From Botryllus schlosseri (Eukaryota), in contig CM119373.1 of the NCBI GenBank assembly GCA_051294905.1, positions 33,976,001 to 34,040,000 of the forward strand: a stretch of 64,000 bases of DNA. The letters run 5' to 3'. The notes under the pieces are model-generated. The model saw only the letters and a list, made by a program, of their open reading frames with translations, did not search any database and was not told the DNA's origin. Below are positions 1 through 10,790 of the stretch, one piece after another (the stretch's first letter is position 1; every line of letters begins with the position of its first letter). The translations under genes were made by a program, and so were the position numbers.

Positions 1-1443
1 ATCCGCTTTTTACGCTCCTCAGAAGAACTGTCATTATGCCGGGCAAGAAGCGACATTATGCAGAGGCGTTTTTGAATCACGGCTTTGTAAACACACCACA
101 ACTGAATGGTGACGATCGACCACAGTGTGTCATTTGTCTCAAAGTTTTGACCAACGAAAGCCTAAAGCCGTCAAAACTGAACGAGCACCTCATGAAGCGT
201 CATCCGCTACTGGCCGGAAAGAGTCGAGGATACTTTGAGGGCAAATCGAAGCAACTTCGAGGCATTCAATTTGGATCAGGTGGCATGGCTTCGGAGAAGC
301 TAACGGCCGCTGTTGAAGTTTCGTACGAGGTGGCATACCGAATTGCAAAAAGTTCCAAGAACCACACAATCGCAGAAGACCTTATTATGCCTTGTACCAA
401 GTTGATCGTTTCCAAAATGTGTGGGGAAGATCAGGCCAAGAAGCTGGAAGGAGTATCAGTCTCGAACACCACAATTCGAAGAAGGGTTGATGATCTTGCA
501 GCTGACATCCTTGCCCAAGTCGTTGCCGAAGTGAAGGCAAGTCCTCACAAAATGTTTTCTCTCCAGTTCGATGAATCCACGGATGTAAGCAGCTGCGCAG
601 TTTTACTCGGATACGTTCGATACATTCACGAGTACTCTGTCAAGGAGGAATTTTTGCTTGCCAAGAACTTGAAGACAACAACGAAAGGAGAAGATATCTT
701 CAACCTTGTGAACGATTTCTTGGGCATGCACGGTTTGGAGTGGAACAATGTGCAGCAAATCTCTGTTGACGGCTGTCCCGCTATGATGGGTGGAAACCGC
801 GGTTTCAGGGGCTTTGTGCAGCGGGAAAACTCGGACATTCATGTGGATCATTGCGCACTGCACCGCTACTCGCTTGCGTCCAAATCTCTGCCGGAGAGCT
901 TGAAAATAGTGTTCGACCAAGCAGTGAAGGTTGTAAACTTCATAAAAGCGAAGGAGTTGAACAGTCGTCTTTTCAAGGAACTGTGCAAGGAGATGGGGCA
1001 AAAATATGAGGCATTACTGTACCACACAGAGGTGCGGAATCGCCTGGATGTCGAAAACGACGCAAGAATTGCCCTCAGTACAACCAAACCCAGAATTGCA
1101 AAGCTAGTGGTAGATATGCAAGCTCAACCTTCGCACTGATTGAATATTATCTTTGTCATTCCACGACAGTTGTCTTGGTGTTTGCTATCCCTTGCTTGCA
1201 TTTGTTCCTTGGCAACGAACGTCTGCAGCCTTTTTCCACTGATAAACCAATTTATTTCTCTTTCAAACTTGATGTCGCTTTTTCTCAGGTCGGTCTCTCC
1301 CTCAGGTAAAACTCCCATCCTGGACTGGACGATCGTTTTTGAGTGTTTAGTGATGAAACGTGGTTTTGATGGAAGAGGGGGGTAAAAACCTGTCTGGAAA
1401 GTCTGGTTTTGGGTAACGGGGAGAAAAAGGTTGGGAACCACTG
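1..1443 (+). mobile_element. hAT (Buster/Charlie-type) DNA transposon, internally deleted; left end lies outside the window
   Basis: Right TIR ...AAAAAGGTTGGGAACCACTG ends at 1443, followed by CTCTAATC (NNNTANNN, Buster-type target). Paralogous empty sites with a single CTCTAATC at 11576-11583 and 37442-37449. Contains transposase ORF. Confidence 0.93.
36..1139 (+). CDS. Buster/ZBED5-like hAT transposase, 367 aa, with large in-frame internal deletion
   Basis: N-terminal BED finger (CVIC...HLMKRH), catalytic-region motifs FDESTD, VDG and HCALH, then YHTEVR fused directly to the C-terminal RNRLDVE...QAQPSH tail. The W/LSR segment, catalytic Glu and most of the dimerisation region are missing. 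Confidence 0.9.
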   Translation: MPGKKRHYAEAFLNHGFVNTPQLNGDDRPQCVICLKVLTNESLKPSKLNEHLMKRHPLLAGKSRGYFEGKSKQLRGIQFGSGGMASEKLTAAVEVSYEVAYRIAKSSKNHTIAEDLIMPCTKLIVSKMCGEDQAKKLEGVSVSNTTIRRRVDDLAADILAQVVAEVKASPHKMFSLQFDESTDVSSCAVLLGYVRYIHEYSVKEEFLLAKNLKTTTKGEDIFNLVNDFLGMHGLEWNNVQQISVDGCPAMMGGNRGFRGFVQRENSDIHVDHCALHRYSLASKSLPESLKIVFDQAVKVVNFIKAKELNSRLFKELCKEMGQKYEALLYHTEVRNRLDVENDARIALSTTKPRIAKLVVDMQAQPSH

Positions 1444-1739
1444 CTCTAATCCAAACCATGTAACAAATGTTACGATCTGAGGTGAGAAGTGACAAATGAT
1501 TACGGTACGGTACTGACATCGTACGCCCCTTTCCATGAAAAGGTATATCGTCAACGAGAGTTTGACGCTATTTTCTCAATGTGGAAGCGTCAAAACCGAA
1601 TTCACAGGATCCAAAACTCATAGCACAGAGCTTCGCAGGTTACTGGTGATTACATTTCAGCCAAGTCATAATCAAGCCACAGCATTATCACAGAGTGAAA
1701 AGAAATCGGCATGGTCACCATATTATTTACCACCTAGGC

Positions 1740-2131
1740 CAGTGGTTCTCAACTGGTGGGGAATTCGATGGTTGGTATCTGGTGGGGTATAGACACATTT
1801 GTAAACCTTAATATACAGGATAGTCTACCACACATGCACGATTACCGTTACCAGTTAACTACTCTGGACTGTATAAATCAAAACTCATAAATTGAAACTG
1901 TCCTCGAAGGACGCCTAAATGTCCATTTAGTCAACACAATACTATCGGTTGACAATTTTCAAACCACCAGTTTTCTTGAAGCATTCAGAATTCATACCAA
2001 GTGTCCCTTTTTGGGATCTCAAAATATGGTAACCTATTTTAAAGGGTATATAGGAGTTTTGGGTAGTGGGGAATAAAGACTCGGAATAAATCTGAAGTGG
2101 GAAATGAAGACAAAAAGGTTGGGAACTACTG
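1740..2131. mobile_element. Non-autonomous hAT/Charlie-type MITE
   Basis: TIRs CAGTGGTTCTCAAC / GGTTGGGAACTACTG; degenerate 8-bp TSD ACCTAGGC / ATCCAGGC; absent from the C-type spacer near 29880. Confidence 0.8.
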
Positions 2132-2801
2132 ATCCAGGCCTATATGAGGTGTAAAAGTGACCTCACATTTTTGCGGCTGCATTCAAGTTAGCCGACATAT
2201 ATGAACATAACCAAGGATTATAGTTCTATGTTGCTATATTAAGTGATAGTTGAAGAAGCACACGATTCTCCATCTCTTAACAACTCAGGTACTTGATTTT
2301 CCCAAGCCCTACTAACAAGCACAGAACAAACTTTAATATTTTTTAAGCATGGGTATGATACATGTACGCCTACACGGACACAGACCAAGAAACACAGAAA
2401 GATAGCATGAAAATGCACAAGCAATAAACAGAGAAAGATGGTATGAAAAAGCAATATAAATGTCGCTACATAGTTTAGTTGCTTGATAACAAAACTAGCT
2501 TATCGTGAAGATGTCAATGAATACTGTGATACTACCTGCAACCAATAACTATAATTCAACAGCTTACTGTACTAGCTAGTTTCACGATATCTCTCACAGT
2601 CTTATAGAACTTACAATTGAATTTGAAGCAATCGGTGGGTGTACTAAGTTCAATAACTTGCAAGTTTAAGTTCACCGTTACAATAACAATGTAGTGGTGG
2701 TAAAAGTAAAAATAGTTCTAACGCTGTAAATTTTATGGAATTACAGGTAGAATTAGCAATATCCAAGACATGTCAAAACCAAAAATGACTGATGACACAA
2801 G

Positions 2802-3256
2802 CAGGGTTGATATGACTCTAGTCGCGAATTTCCGTCGACTTGACTTGACCTAGCAATTTTCTGTATTGACTCGCATAATTCCCATGACTTGTGACATTGT
2901 ATATGGCTTGATTTAAGTCTCGTGATCATGGACGATGCACAAAAATAGGCTCAGAACCAGTGTTTTTGTTTATTTGAAGGGACATAATGAGATTGATAAA
3001 AACAAGGGTATTACGAGTTGGAGCCATCGAAATCACCAAAGAACTTTAGAAAAGTGACTTCAACGTGACTTGAACTCTATAATAAACAAGGAAGACTATG
3101 GCTTGGACTCGAGTCTCAAGACTGTGACTCGAAGTCGGCCAATTTTTCTTAGACTTGGAATAGGACTAGACCAGGTGGTGAGTTGTAAATGACTCGATTT
3201 CACTCGAGTCAAAGCTAAAAAAATTAATACTGACTCGTGACTTGGCTGCGACCCTA
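2802..3256. mobile_element. hAT-type MITE with GACTC/GAGTC subterminal repeats
   Basis: Termini CAGGGTTG... / ...CGACCCTA; TSD GACACAAG / GACACAAC; many GACTCGAGTC and GACTTG motifs. Same insertion site in the other spacers. Confidence 0.75.
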
Positions 3257-3892
3257 GACACAACACAGAATAGTCTTAAAAAAAAAGAATCCTTCGATAT
3301 ATATTGTCGAATCCATGTGGTTTATATGACAATTTCACTCATAAATGTGGTAAAGCTTATTTCAAATTACTTTCAATTTCTCAAAATCCAAATCGTGAAA
3401 AGTAATAATTTTTACCTAAGATTTGTTAAAGTAGAATGAGTCTGAAAATGACGTGAGAAAGTAGCACAAGTAACATAAACCTAAGCCTACAGTACACTCC
3501 ACAGTCCACACCAACTTAAAATATTCTACAACTGTAAAACTACGACGATACAAAACTCAGGGTGATTTGGTTTACGACATGCAGACAACGCCTTACCTCT
3601 TGTTAAAACCGTAATGTAAAACAATGATGGAACAAAATATCAGAAATGTTGAGAAAATGAAGAGACATTCATCCAGCAAAAGGCATGCAGGTTGGCATAT
3701 TCTAAATGCGAAGTCAAGTAGATGACCAAAAAATATTATCCAGCATATTTAATATAGACATGCATATAGATACCCCATGACATGCCAATTCGCATGACAT
3801 GAACGTGATGTAAGGTTTAATTCCGGAAAATTGAAGTGTAATATAAATATAATAAGGTAAATATAATAAGGTAATTCTTCCATATTCAAAAG

Positions 3893-4995
3893 TTACTTTG
3901 TGTCAAAATGGCCCCGCATGTGGTTCCTCAAACAGGAACTCCTGACGAATAACTTTCCGCATATTTCACACCCATAATCTTTCACGTCCAAATGGCTCTT
4001 CATATGTTGCCTCAGAGAATGTTTTTGAACGAACGCTTGACCACACGTTTGGCATTTGAAATCTTTTATATCCAGATGGATGCGCATATGCCGATTCAAA
4101 GAACATTTTTGGTTAAATGAAAGGTCGCATCTCGCACATTTAAAATCGTTCACGCCATAATGGATGAACATGTGTCGCTGTAGGGATAGATTTTGACTAA
4201 AATATTTGCCACAGACTTCACACTCGAATTTCACACCAAAATGGATGATAGTGTGATTTTTCAAATACAGCAGTGTGGAGAACCATTTTCCACATATCTC
4301 ACACTCATGTCTCTCATCGTTAGTGCGTGAATGGATGAGCAAGTGGTGTGCTAAACCTTCCCTTCGCTTGAACGATTTGCCGCATATTTCACACGAGAAA
4401 TTATTCACATCCAAATGGATCGCCATATGCTTTCGCAAACCATCTTTCCTCCTATATAATGAGCCACATATGTCACACTTGAATTCTAAACCATCAGTGT
4501 GCATCCTCGAATGATTTCTTAGAGACTGTTGATGCTGGAAAAGTTTACCGCATACTTGGCATTCAAAGCTTTTTACAGCAGAGTGGACGGACATATGTGA
4601 TTTCAAAGCTGTCTTTGAGCAGAACAACATTGCGCAAATTTTGCACTCAACTTTTTTGATAGCGGTTGCATTATGGACGATCTTATTATGCTTTCTCAAA
4701 TCTTTCTTTGTGAAAAATGACCTTTCACAAATTTCACATTTGAAACTTTTAACGTCAAAATGGCGCAGCACGTGATTCTTCAAACCTCTCATTTCTTTTA
4801 GAACTTTACCGCAAATTTCGCATGTAAAATTTTTTGTACTCTAATGGAACTGCATGTGCTTTTTGAGATCATCTCTTTGTCCGAAGGGCAAATGACATGT
4901 TCGACAGGTCACAGTTTCTGTAGCAGAATGAAGCGGTAGGTACTGACTCAAATCTCATTTAGAGGACGATGCTTCGAAGCAAACTTCACATTTGA
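3893..4995 (-). pseudogene. C2H2 zinc-finger gene type A, copy 1: 5'-truncated, with nonsense codon
   Basis: Nearly identical to 39803-41086, but has TCG->TAG at 4841-4843, and homology stops at 4995 where it joins Kelch-C 3' flank. Residual ORF 3893-4792 holds 10 fingers. Confidence 0.9.
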
Positions 4996-7470
4996 GTCGA
5001 TTTGAGTCGAGTTGAAGATAAAATTGCTTCCGGCACTGCAATTACGTGTTCCTAGCTTCTATGAGTAATTTATCCGCAGGAATTATAGTTTTAATAGTGG
5101 ATGTGAGATATTTATGAAGTCACGATCATGATCAACTCACACCACTGCCAAAAAATGCAATGAAACAGGCATGGTAGAGAAATACCGTCTTTGATGTGAT
5201 GTAGAGCTGGCATTGTATTTTTGCAGTTGCAAGAAACGTACATATTTCAATTTTTCACATCATTCAAACTGCTGTGATATAATTATCAATGATACTTGAA
5301 TACTCGACTCAGCGCCTGATGCTCGATTAGGAATGACAGGCGCTCGATTCAGAATCGGATCATTCAAGGACTAAATTTCGCTCAGCCATACTGACCAGGT
5401 ATGTGACGGTACGAGAAATGCAAAAACGCTACAACGAAATCAATCCTAAATCATAAATGCAGTACTCAAGGCCATCATTAGTTCTTGTTTGCAAACAGCC
5501 GACTTTTGGGAGGAGCCAGCAAAAAAGGAATCCAAACCCACGTTCTGCAAGATCAGCGATGTAACCAATCATTTGCTGTGGCGAACGAAACAAATATTGG
5601 AAACCTTCCGGACATTCAATCTGAGCTTTTTGTATCTTTGTTCAAACAGAGTAATATTTTGATGGGCTCAAAATATCACGCGAGTCCAAAACTACCAAAT
5701 CAAGAATAATGCGAAATGAAGGGTTAAATAGTTAAAATCATATGGACTTACGGATAGTGAATCGAAGAATGGAGGAAGAGCCATCCACACAAGTTTACAA
5801 AATCACAGATAACGGACGGAAAACTGAAGGCAGGAGCCATGCTTTTTCGCAAGTTGTATACAAAATCAGGGGCAAGCTATATGCAAAATCACGAATTTTA
5901 GAATTTGATCCGTTAACGTTTTGTGGCGTTACAAGATAATTGCCGCTGCATAGAATTCATGCATATTCAAGTCATGGCTATTCAAGTCCATCACAGTCCT
6001 CAACAAATTAGTTTTGGGATTGAACTCGAGGATACTTTTGCAGCGACTCGGCATCATTTCACCATGGGATCCACCACATACGTATATCTTTCCGCCAATG
6101 CAATAAGTACTTAAATTTGAACGCTCCAATTCGAGTTCTTGTACTGGAATTATCGTCCAAATACTTTCATCACTGGGTAGCAGAAAAATGTCGTTGACAT
6201 ACCCAGAGTTCACAGTTCTTCCACCAACAAGGTAGATGGCCTTATTATATGAACATGCACTTGCCATAGCTATCACAACCGGTAATGATGGTCCAACTGA
6301 CCAAGTAGACGTTGAAAAGTTGAAACATTCCACATCCAGCGCAAAGGTGGTATGATATGCATCAAAACCACCAATTACATGAAGTTTATCCTGAGATATA
6401 GAGTAGGCAGACAAACACAATCTGGATTGCTTGTTGGGAAGCTTCGACCACTTGTTATTGATTGTGTCATATTGGGCCAAATGTTCAAGATATGAAAAAT
6501 ATAATATACCGGGCTTACGTGCAACTACAGTATCGTATCCAAAAAATGCAGGTTCAAGTTTTCTCCAGGGTGAATCATTTTCAAGAAAATTACGACAGTA
6601 CAAATCCCACTTGTCATCAACGACATATATGTAGCAGTCCATCACAACTACCATGAGAAATGGCCTCAAACTAACTTCAGCATTGAAATGTCGCTGCTCT
6701 GTCAAAGACTCTCTGTCCATGTCAAACCACATAAGACGAGAAACATCCTCATTCACTATTATAATATTCGGAGTACAGTCACCTTTGTAATCACTGGCTT
6801 CTACATCTGACTTCTCCGGTAGTGACTTCATGATGTGCATCATGCATTCGGTGGATTTAGCAACAGTTGGTTGCTGAGATAAAAATTTACGATAGTAGAC
6901 AGGGATTTTCTCCAGATCGATATACTTCAGTAATTCAAAAAGTTGATCAGCGCGATCCAGATCCTCATTCACCCAAATCAATGACGCTTTGCACTTAATA
7001 ACATCCAACACATGCAAATCTTCAGAGCATATCAAATCCTCAAGGAAATCGAACTCAAGTTCCTTGAAATCAGCAGTTTTCATGATCGAATGAAAGTGAT
7101 CACGAGCAAAACTTCTGCATGCTTGCTGTAATTGTTGACAGGAATACTTATCGGCAATACTTCTGGTGTCGAAAAACGAGTCCACGTCAAGATTTTGATC
7201 CAAGAAAAGCGACATTGCATCGCATACCTTATTAATTCCAAACAAATGCGCCACATACATTAGTTTTCCGTTTTTTGAATCAGAAAAGACGCTTGTCCCC
7301 GGTACATGATTTCAATGCAGGTCATCACACATTCAGGATCTACATGCTTTAAATCAACCATTCCCAACATGTTCTCTTTTGTGTCGTGATTGAGCATCTT
7401 AGCAAAATACTCAGAACTTGCGGCAATGACGCACTTGTGAACAGAGATCTCCTTTTCTCCCACTTTTATA
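4996..7470 (+). repeat. Segmental duplication block matching ~25086-27545 and ~56267-58740
   Basis: Kelch C 3' flank and body. Confidence 0.93.
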
Positions 7471-7568
7471 ATGAAGTCGCAATACTGTTGATTGATTCTG
7501 AACTCCTCAAATTTCGATAGAATGTCGAGGGCATGACCCGTCTTGCCAATATCCAGAAGATGCTTCAT
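5929..7568 (-). pseudogene. BTB-BACK-Kelch gene, D/C chimera, frameshifted (C1)
   Basis: ORF 7260-7568 (BTB) plus ORF 5929-7260 (rest). 1-bp deletion in an A run (GAA AAA CTA ATG -> GAA AAC TAA TG). Body matches type C; first codons and upstream flank match type D. Confidence 0.88.
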
Positions 7569-8943
7569 CCCAGTCGACGTGGTAGTTCCGAGTCAACTCA
7601 AAATATATAGCTAATTCAAAAACTTTGAGATAGGGCACCAAAATATGATTCTGTAAAATCATAAACATGGTCAGTACAGTCGTGTGCAAGGATGAGTTTC
7701 GTCATGAAGGCATATGAGCATATGAAATGCAAAATAGCTTGGACACAATACTTCCATCAGTTTCCTTACAAATGTAGATGAGAGAAACTATCTTCATATA
7801 CGTCAGCGAAAAACAATATCTTTCGGCTATACAAATTTGAATATGAATGATCAGGTCACAGTAGATACTATTAGTTGCACAAATGATAACCTACAGAGCA
7901 ATGCACATTCTGTGACTTGATGAAATCTGAGAAATGTCCATGCCTTGTTCTACGGCATATTATAACATTCAGGAATACACGGTTGATCCGAAATACAGAG
8001 AGTTTGCATAAAATTGCGCTAGCACTGAAAAGAAGGGCTTGACACAATGATTTGAGTACTCAAATCTGAATCGAGTAATAATGCTAATGATTCGGGACAA
8101 GTAGTGAGATACGTCGGTTCAAGTACTGAAATTACCTGTTCCTGGTCGCTATGTGTAATTTATCATCGGGAATTATAGTTTTAATAGTGGATATGGGAAA
8201 ACTGTGAAGCGACATCTTGTTCAACTCACACCGTTGTCAGAATGGCATGGTGAAAAAAACATGTATAATCTTTAATGTGTTGTAGAGCTGGCAATGTATT
8301 TTTGTGGTCGCCTGAAACGAACATATTAGAATTTTTCACATCATTCATACTTCTGTGATATTATTATCAGTGATACTTGAATACTCGACTCGACAATAAA
8401 TACTCGATTAAGCACCAAATCATTCCAGCACGGCACTCAATTTCCCCCTACTAAGAAGGCATGTGATGGTGCAAGGAATGCAAACCGCTGCATCGAGATC
8501 AATCCTAAACCTCAAATGCAGTGCTTTGGACTATCATTGGTTTTTGCTTGCCAGCGGCTGCATTTTAGGAGAAAGCCAACAGAAACGTAATCTAGACCCA
8601 CGTTCTGCAAGATCTGCGGTGTAACCAATAATATGCTCTGGTGACCGAAACAAATATTGAACATCTTTCGGACATTTACCTTCAGTTTTTTGTGTCTTTG
8701 TTCCCACACAGAAACACTTTCATTGGCTTACAATATCATTTGAGTGCAACACGACAAAATCAAGGGGAATGCGAAAGTAAGGATGAAAAAAATTAATTAG
8801 ATGGGCTTACGGATAGTGAGAAAGAGTCATGCACACAGTTTTACAAAACGACAGATCACAGACAGAAAACTAAAGGCAAGAGCTATGCTTTCTCACATGA
8901 TGTATATAAAATCAGGGGCAAGCTATATGTAAAATCACAAATT

Positions 8944-8949
8944 TTTATT
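8944..8949 (-). other. Putative polyadenylation signal (AATAAA) of Kelch A1; same at 34841-34846 for A2
   Basis: TTTATT on plus strand just beyond the stop codon in both A copies. Confidence 0.5.
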
Positions 8950-8967
8950 CGTGTACGTTTTGTGGCG

Positions 8968-10656
8968 TCACATGGTAATTGCTGCTGCATAGACTTCATG
9001 ATTAAGAGATTTCAAGTCATGGCTATCCAAGTCTATCATCGTACTCAACAAATTAGTTTTGGGATTGAACTCGAGAATACTACTGCACGGCTGAAAATCA
9101 TCACAGTATCCACCACATATGTATATCTTTCCGCCAATACAATAAGTACTTAACTTTGACCGCTCCAATTCGGGTTCTTTTACTGGAATTAACGTCCAAA
9201 TACTTTCATCAAAGGGTAGACAAAGAATGTCGTTTACATACTCAGACTCAGACTGAGAGTCAGAGTCAAACTCAGAGTCAGAGTCAGAGTTCACAATTTT
9301 TCCGCCTAGAAGGTAGATGGTCTTATTATAGGTGCATGCACTTGCTTGAGCTCTCTTCGATGGTAATGATGGTCCAACTGACCAAGTAGATGTTGAAAAG
9401 TTGAAACATCTTACATCCCGCACAAAGTTTGCAAATAGATCATAACCACCAATTGCGTAAAGCTTATCCTGAGATATAGTGTAGGCAGACCAAACCACTT
9501 TAGGTTGCTTGTTGGGAAGCTTCGACCACTTGTTATTGACTGTGTCATATTGTGCCAAAAAGCGGTTCGGATAATCATTTGCTAAATAAAATTTACCTGA
9601 TTTACATGCAACTACAATATAGTATCTTGGAAATGCACATCCAAGTTTTCTCCAAGGTGAATCATTTTCAAGAAAATTACGACGGTACAAATCATAATTG
9701 ATATCAATGACATATATGTAGCAGTCCATCACAACTACTGCGTTGAATTTACTCATACTATCAGTATATTTGAAATGTCGCTGCTCGGTCAAGGACTTCC
9801 TGTCTATGTCAAACGACGTAAGACGTGAAACTTCCGGATTCGCCATTATAATACTAGGAGTACAGTCACCTTTGTAATCACTGGCTTCTAAATCTGATTT
9901 TTCTGGTAGTGACTTCATGATTTGCATCATGTATTCGGTGGATTTGGCAACAGTTGGCTGCTGAGATAAAAATTTACGATAGTAGACAGGGATTTTCTCC
10001 AGGTCGATGTGCTTCAATAAATCAAAAAGTTGATCGGCACGATCCAAGTCGTCATTGACCCAAATCATTGACGCTTTGCACTTGATAACATCCAACACAT
10101 TCAAATCATCGGAGGAAATCAAATCCTCAAGGAAATCGAACTCAAGTTCCTTGAAAGCGGATGTTTTCATGATCGAATGAAAGTGATCCAGAGCAAAACT
10201 TCTGCATGCTTCCTGTAATTGTTGACAGAAATACTTATCAGCAATATACCTGGTATCGAAAAAGGAATCGACGTCAAGATTTTTCTCCAGTAAAAGGGAC
10301 ATAGCATCGCATACTTTATCAATTCCAAACAAATGCGCCACATACATTAGTTCTTCCGTTTTTCGAATAGGAAAATATGCTTGTCCAGTGTACATGATTT
10401 CAATGCAGGTCATCACACATTCAGGATCTACATGCTTTAAATCAACCTTTCCCAACATGTTTTCTTTTGTGTCGTGATTGAGCATCTTTGCAAAATACTC
10501 GGAACTTGCGGCAATGACGCACTTGTGAACAAAGATTTCCTTTTCTCCCGCTTTGATAATGAAGTCGCAATACTGTTGATTGATTCTGAACTCATTAAAC
10601 TTCGATAGAAGGTCGAGGGCATGACCCGGTTTGCCAATATCCAGAAGATGTTCCAT
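8968..10656 (-). CDS. BTB-BACK-Kelch (KLHL-like) protein type A, copy 1, 562 aa from the conserved MEHLL start
   Basis: BTB motif CDFIIKAGEKEIFVHKCVIAASSEYF, BACK region, Kelch blades (LYAIGG, IYLLGG, IYICGG). Single coding exon. AATAAA about 20 nt after the stop. Confidence 0.93.
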   Translation of the reverse strand: MEHLLDIGKPGHALDLLSKFNEFRINQQYCDFIIKAGEKEIFVHKCVIAASSEYFAKMLNHDTKENMLGKVDLKHVDPECVMTCIEIMYTGQAYFPIRKTEELMYVAHLFGIDKVCDAMSLLLEKNLDVDSFFDTRYIADKYFCQQLQEACRSFALDHFHSIMKTSAFKELEFDFLEDLISSDDLNVLDVIKCKASMIWVNDDLDRADQLFDLLKHIDLEKIPVYYRKFLSQQPTVAKSTEYMMQIMKSLPEKSDLEASDYKGDCTPSIIMANPEVSRLTSFDIDRKSLTEQRHFKYTDSMSKFNAVVVMDCYIYVIDINYDLYRRNFLENDSPWRKLGCAFPRYYIVVACKSGKFYLANDYPNRFLAQYDTVNNKWSKLPNKQPKVVWSAYTISQDKLYAIGGYDLFANFVRDVRCFNFSTSTWSVGPSLPSKRAQASACTYNKTIYLLGGKIVNSDSDSEFDSDSQSESEYVNDILCLPFDESIWTLIPVKEPELERSKLSTYCIGGKIYICGGYCDDFQPCSSILEFNPKTNLLSTMIDLDSHDLKSLNHEVYAAAITM

Positions 10657-10721
10657 CACAGTTGACCAGTTTATAGCAAAAATATATACCTCACTCAAAA
10701 ACTTTAGAATAATATCGGTAA

Positions 10722-10790
10722 CTGTAACATCATACATATGGTGAAATTAGTTGTACTATATTTATGCAACGGTATCATCATATTCCTAAC
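10722..10790 (-). promoter_or_regulatory. Putative short 5'-UTR intron / splice acceptor of Kelch A1
   Basis: Minus strand GTTAGG...CTAAT...TGTATGATGTTACAG. Homologous branch point and acceptor upstream of all Kelch types (e.g. CTGAC...TTTTTCAG at 33557-33580). Confidence 0.5.

Larger units (their letters stand above)
1444..4995 (+). repeat. Segmental duplication block matching 37442-40905
   Basis: A-type spacer and ZF-A; offset ~35.9-36.0 kb. Confidence 0.93.

Noticed and set aside
2370-2470. Recurrent purine-rich GAAAGATAGTATGAAAAT blocks (also ~11380, 15240, 16410, 30120) as an ncRNA family
   Set aside because: No stable structure or Pol III boxes seen; explained by internal duplications within the spacer.
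4275-4514. Short plus-strand ORFs overlapping ZF and Kelch genes (e.g. 4275, 6431, 9156, 19082, 40185, 48384)
   Set aside because: Antisense shadow ORFs; they recur only because the genes are duplicated, and no domain is recognisable.
8968-10656. Assigning a specific gene symbol (KEAP1, KLHLx, ZNFx)
   Set aside because: The sequences are divergent and lineage-specific; orthology cannot be recognised by eye.
10657-10737. 27-aa N-terminal extension (MYDVTVT...) of Kelch A in the ORF track, and similar GTG/TTG-start extensions of other genes
   Set aside because: The frame is not conserved in B, C or D/E (in-frame stops), and the upstream ATG falls inside the putative intron. MEHLL is the shared start.
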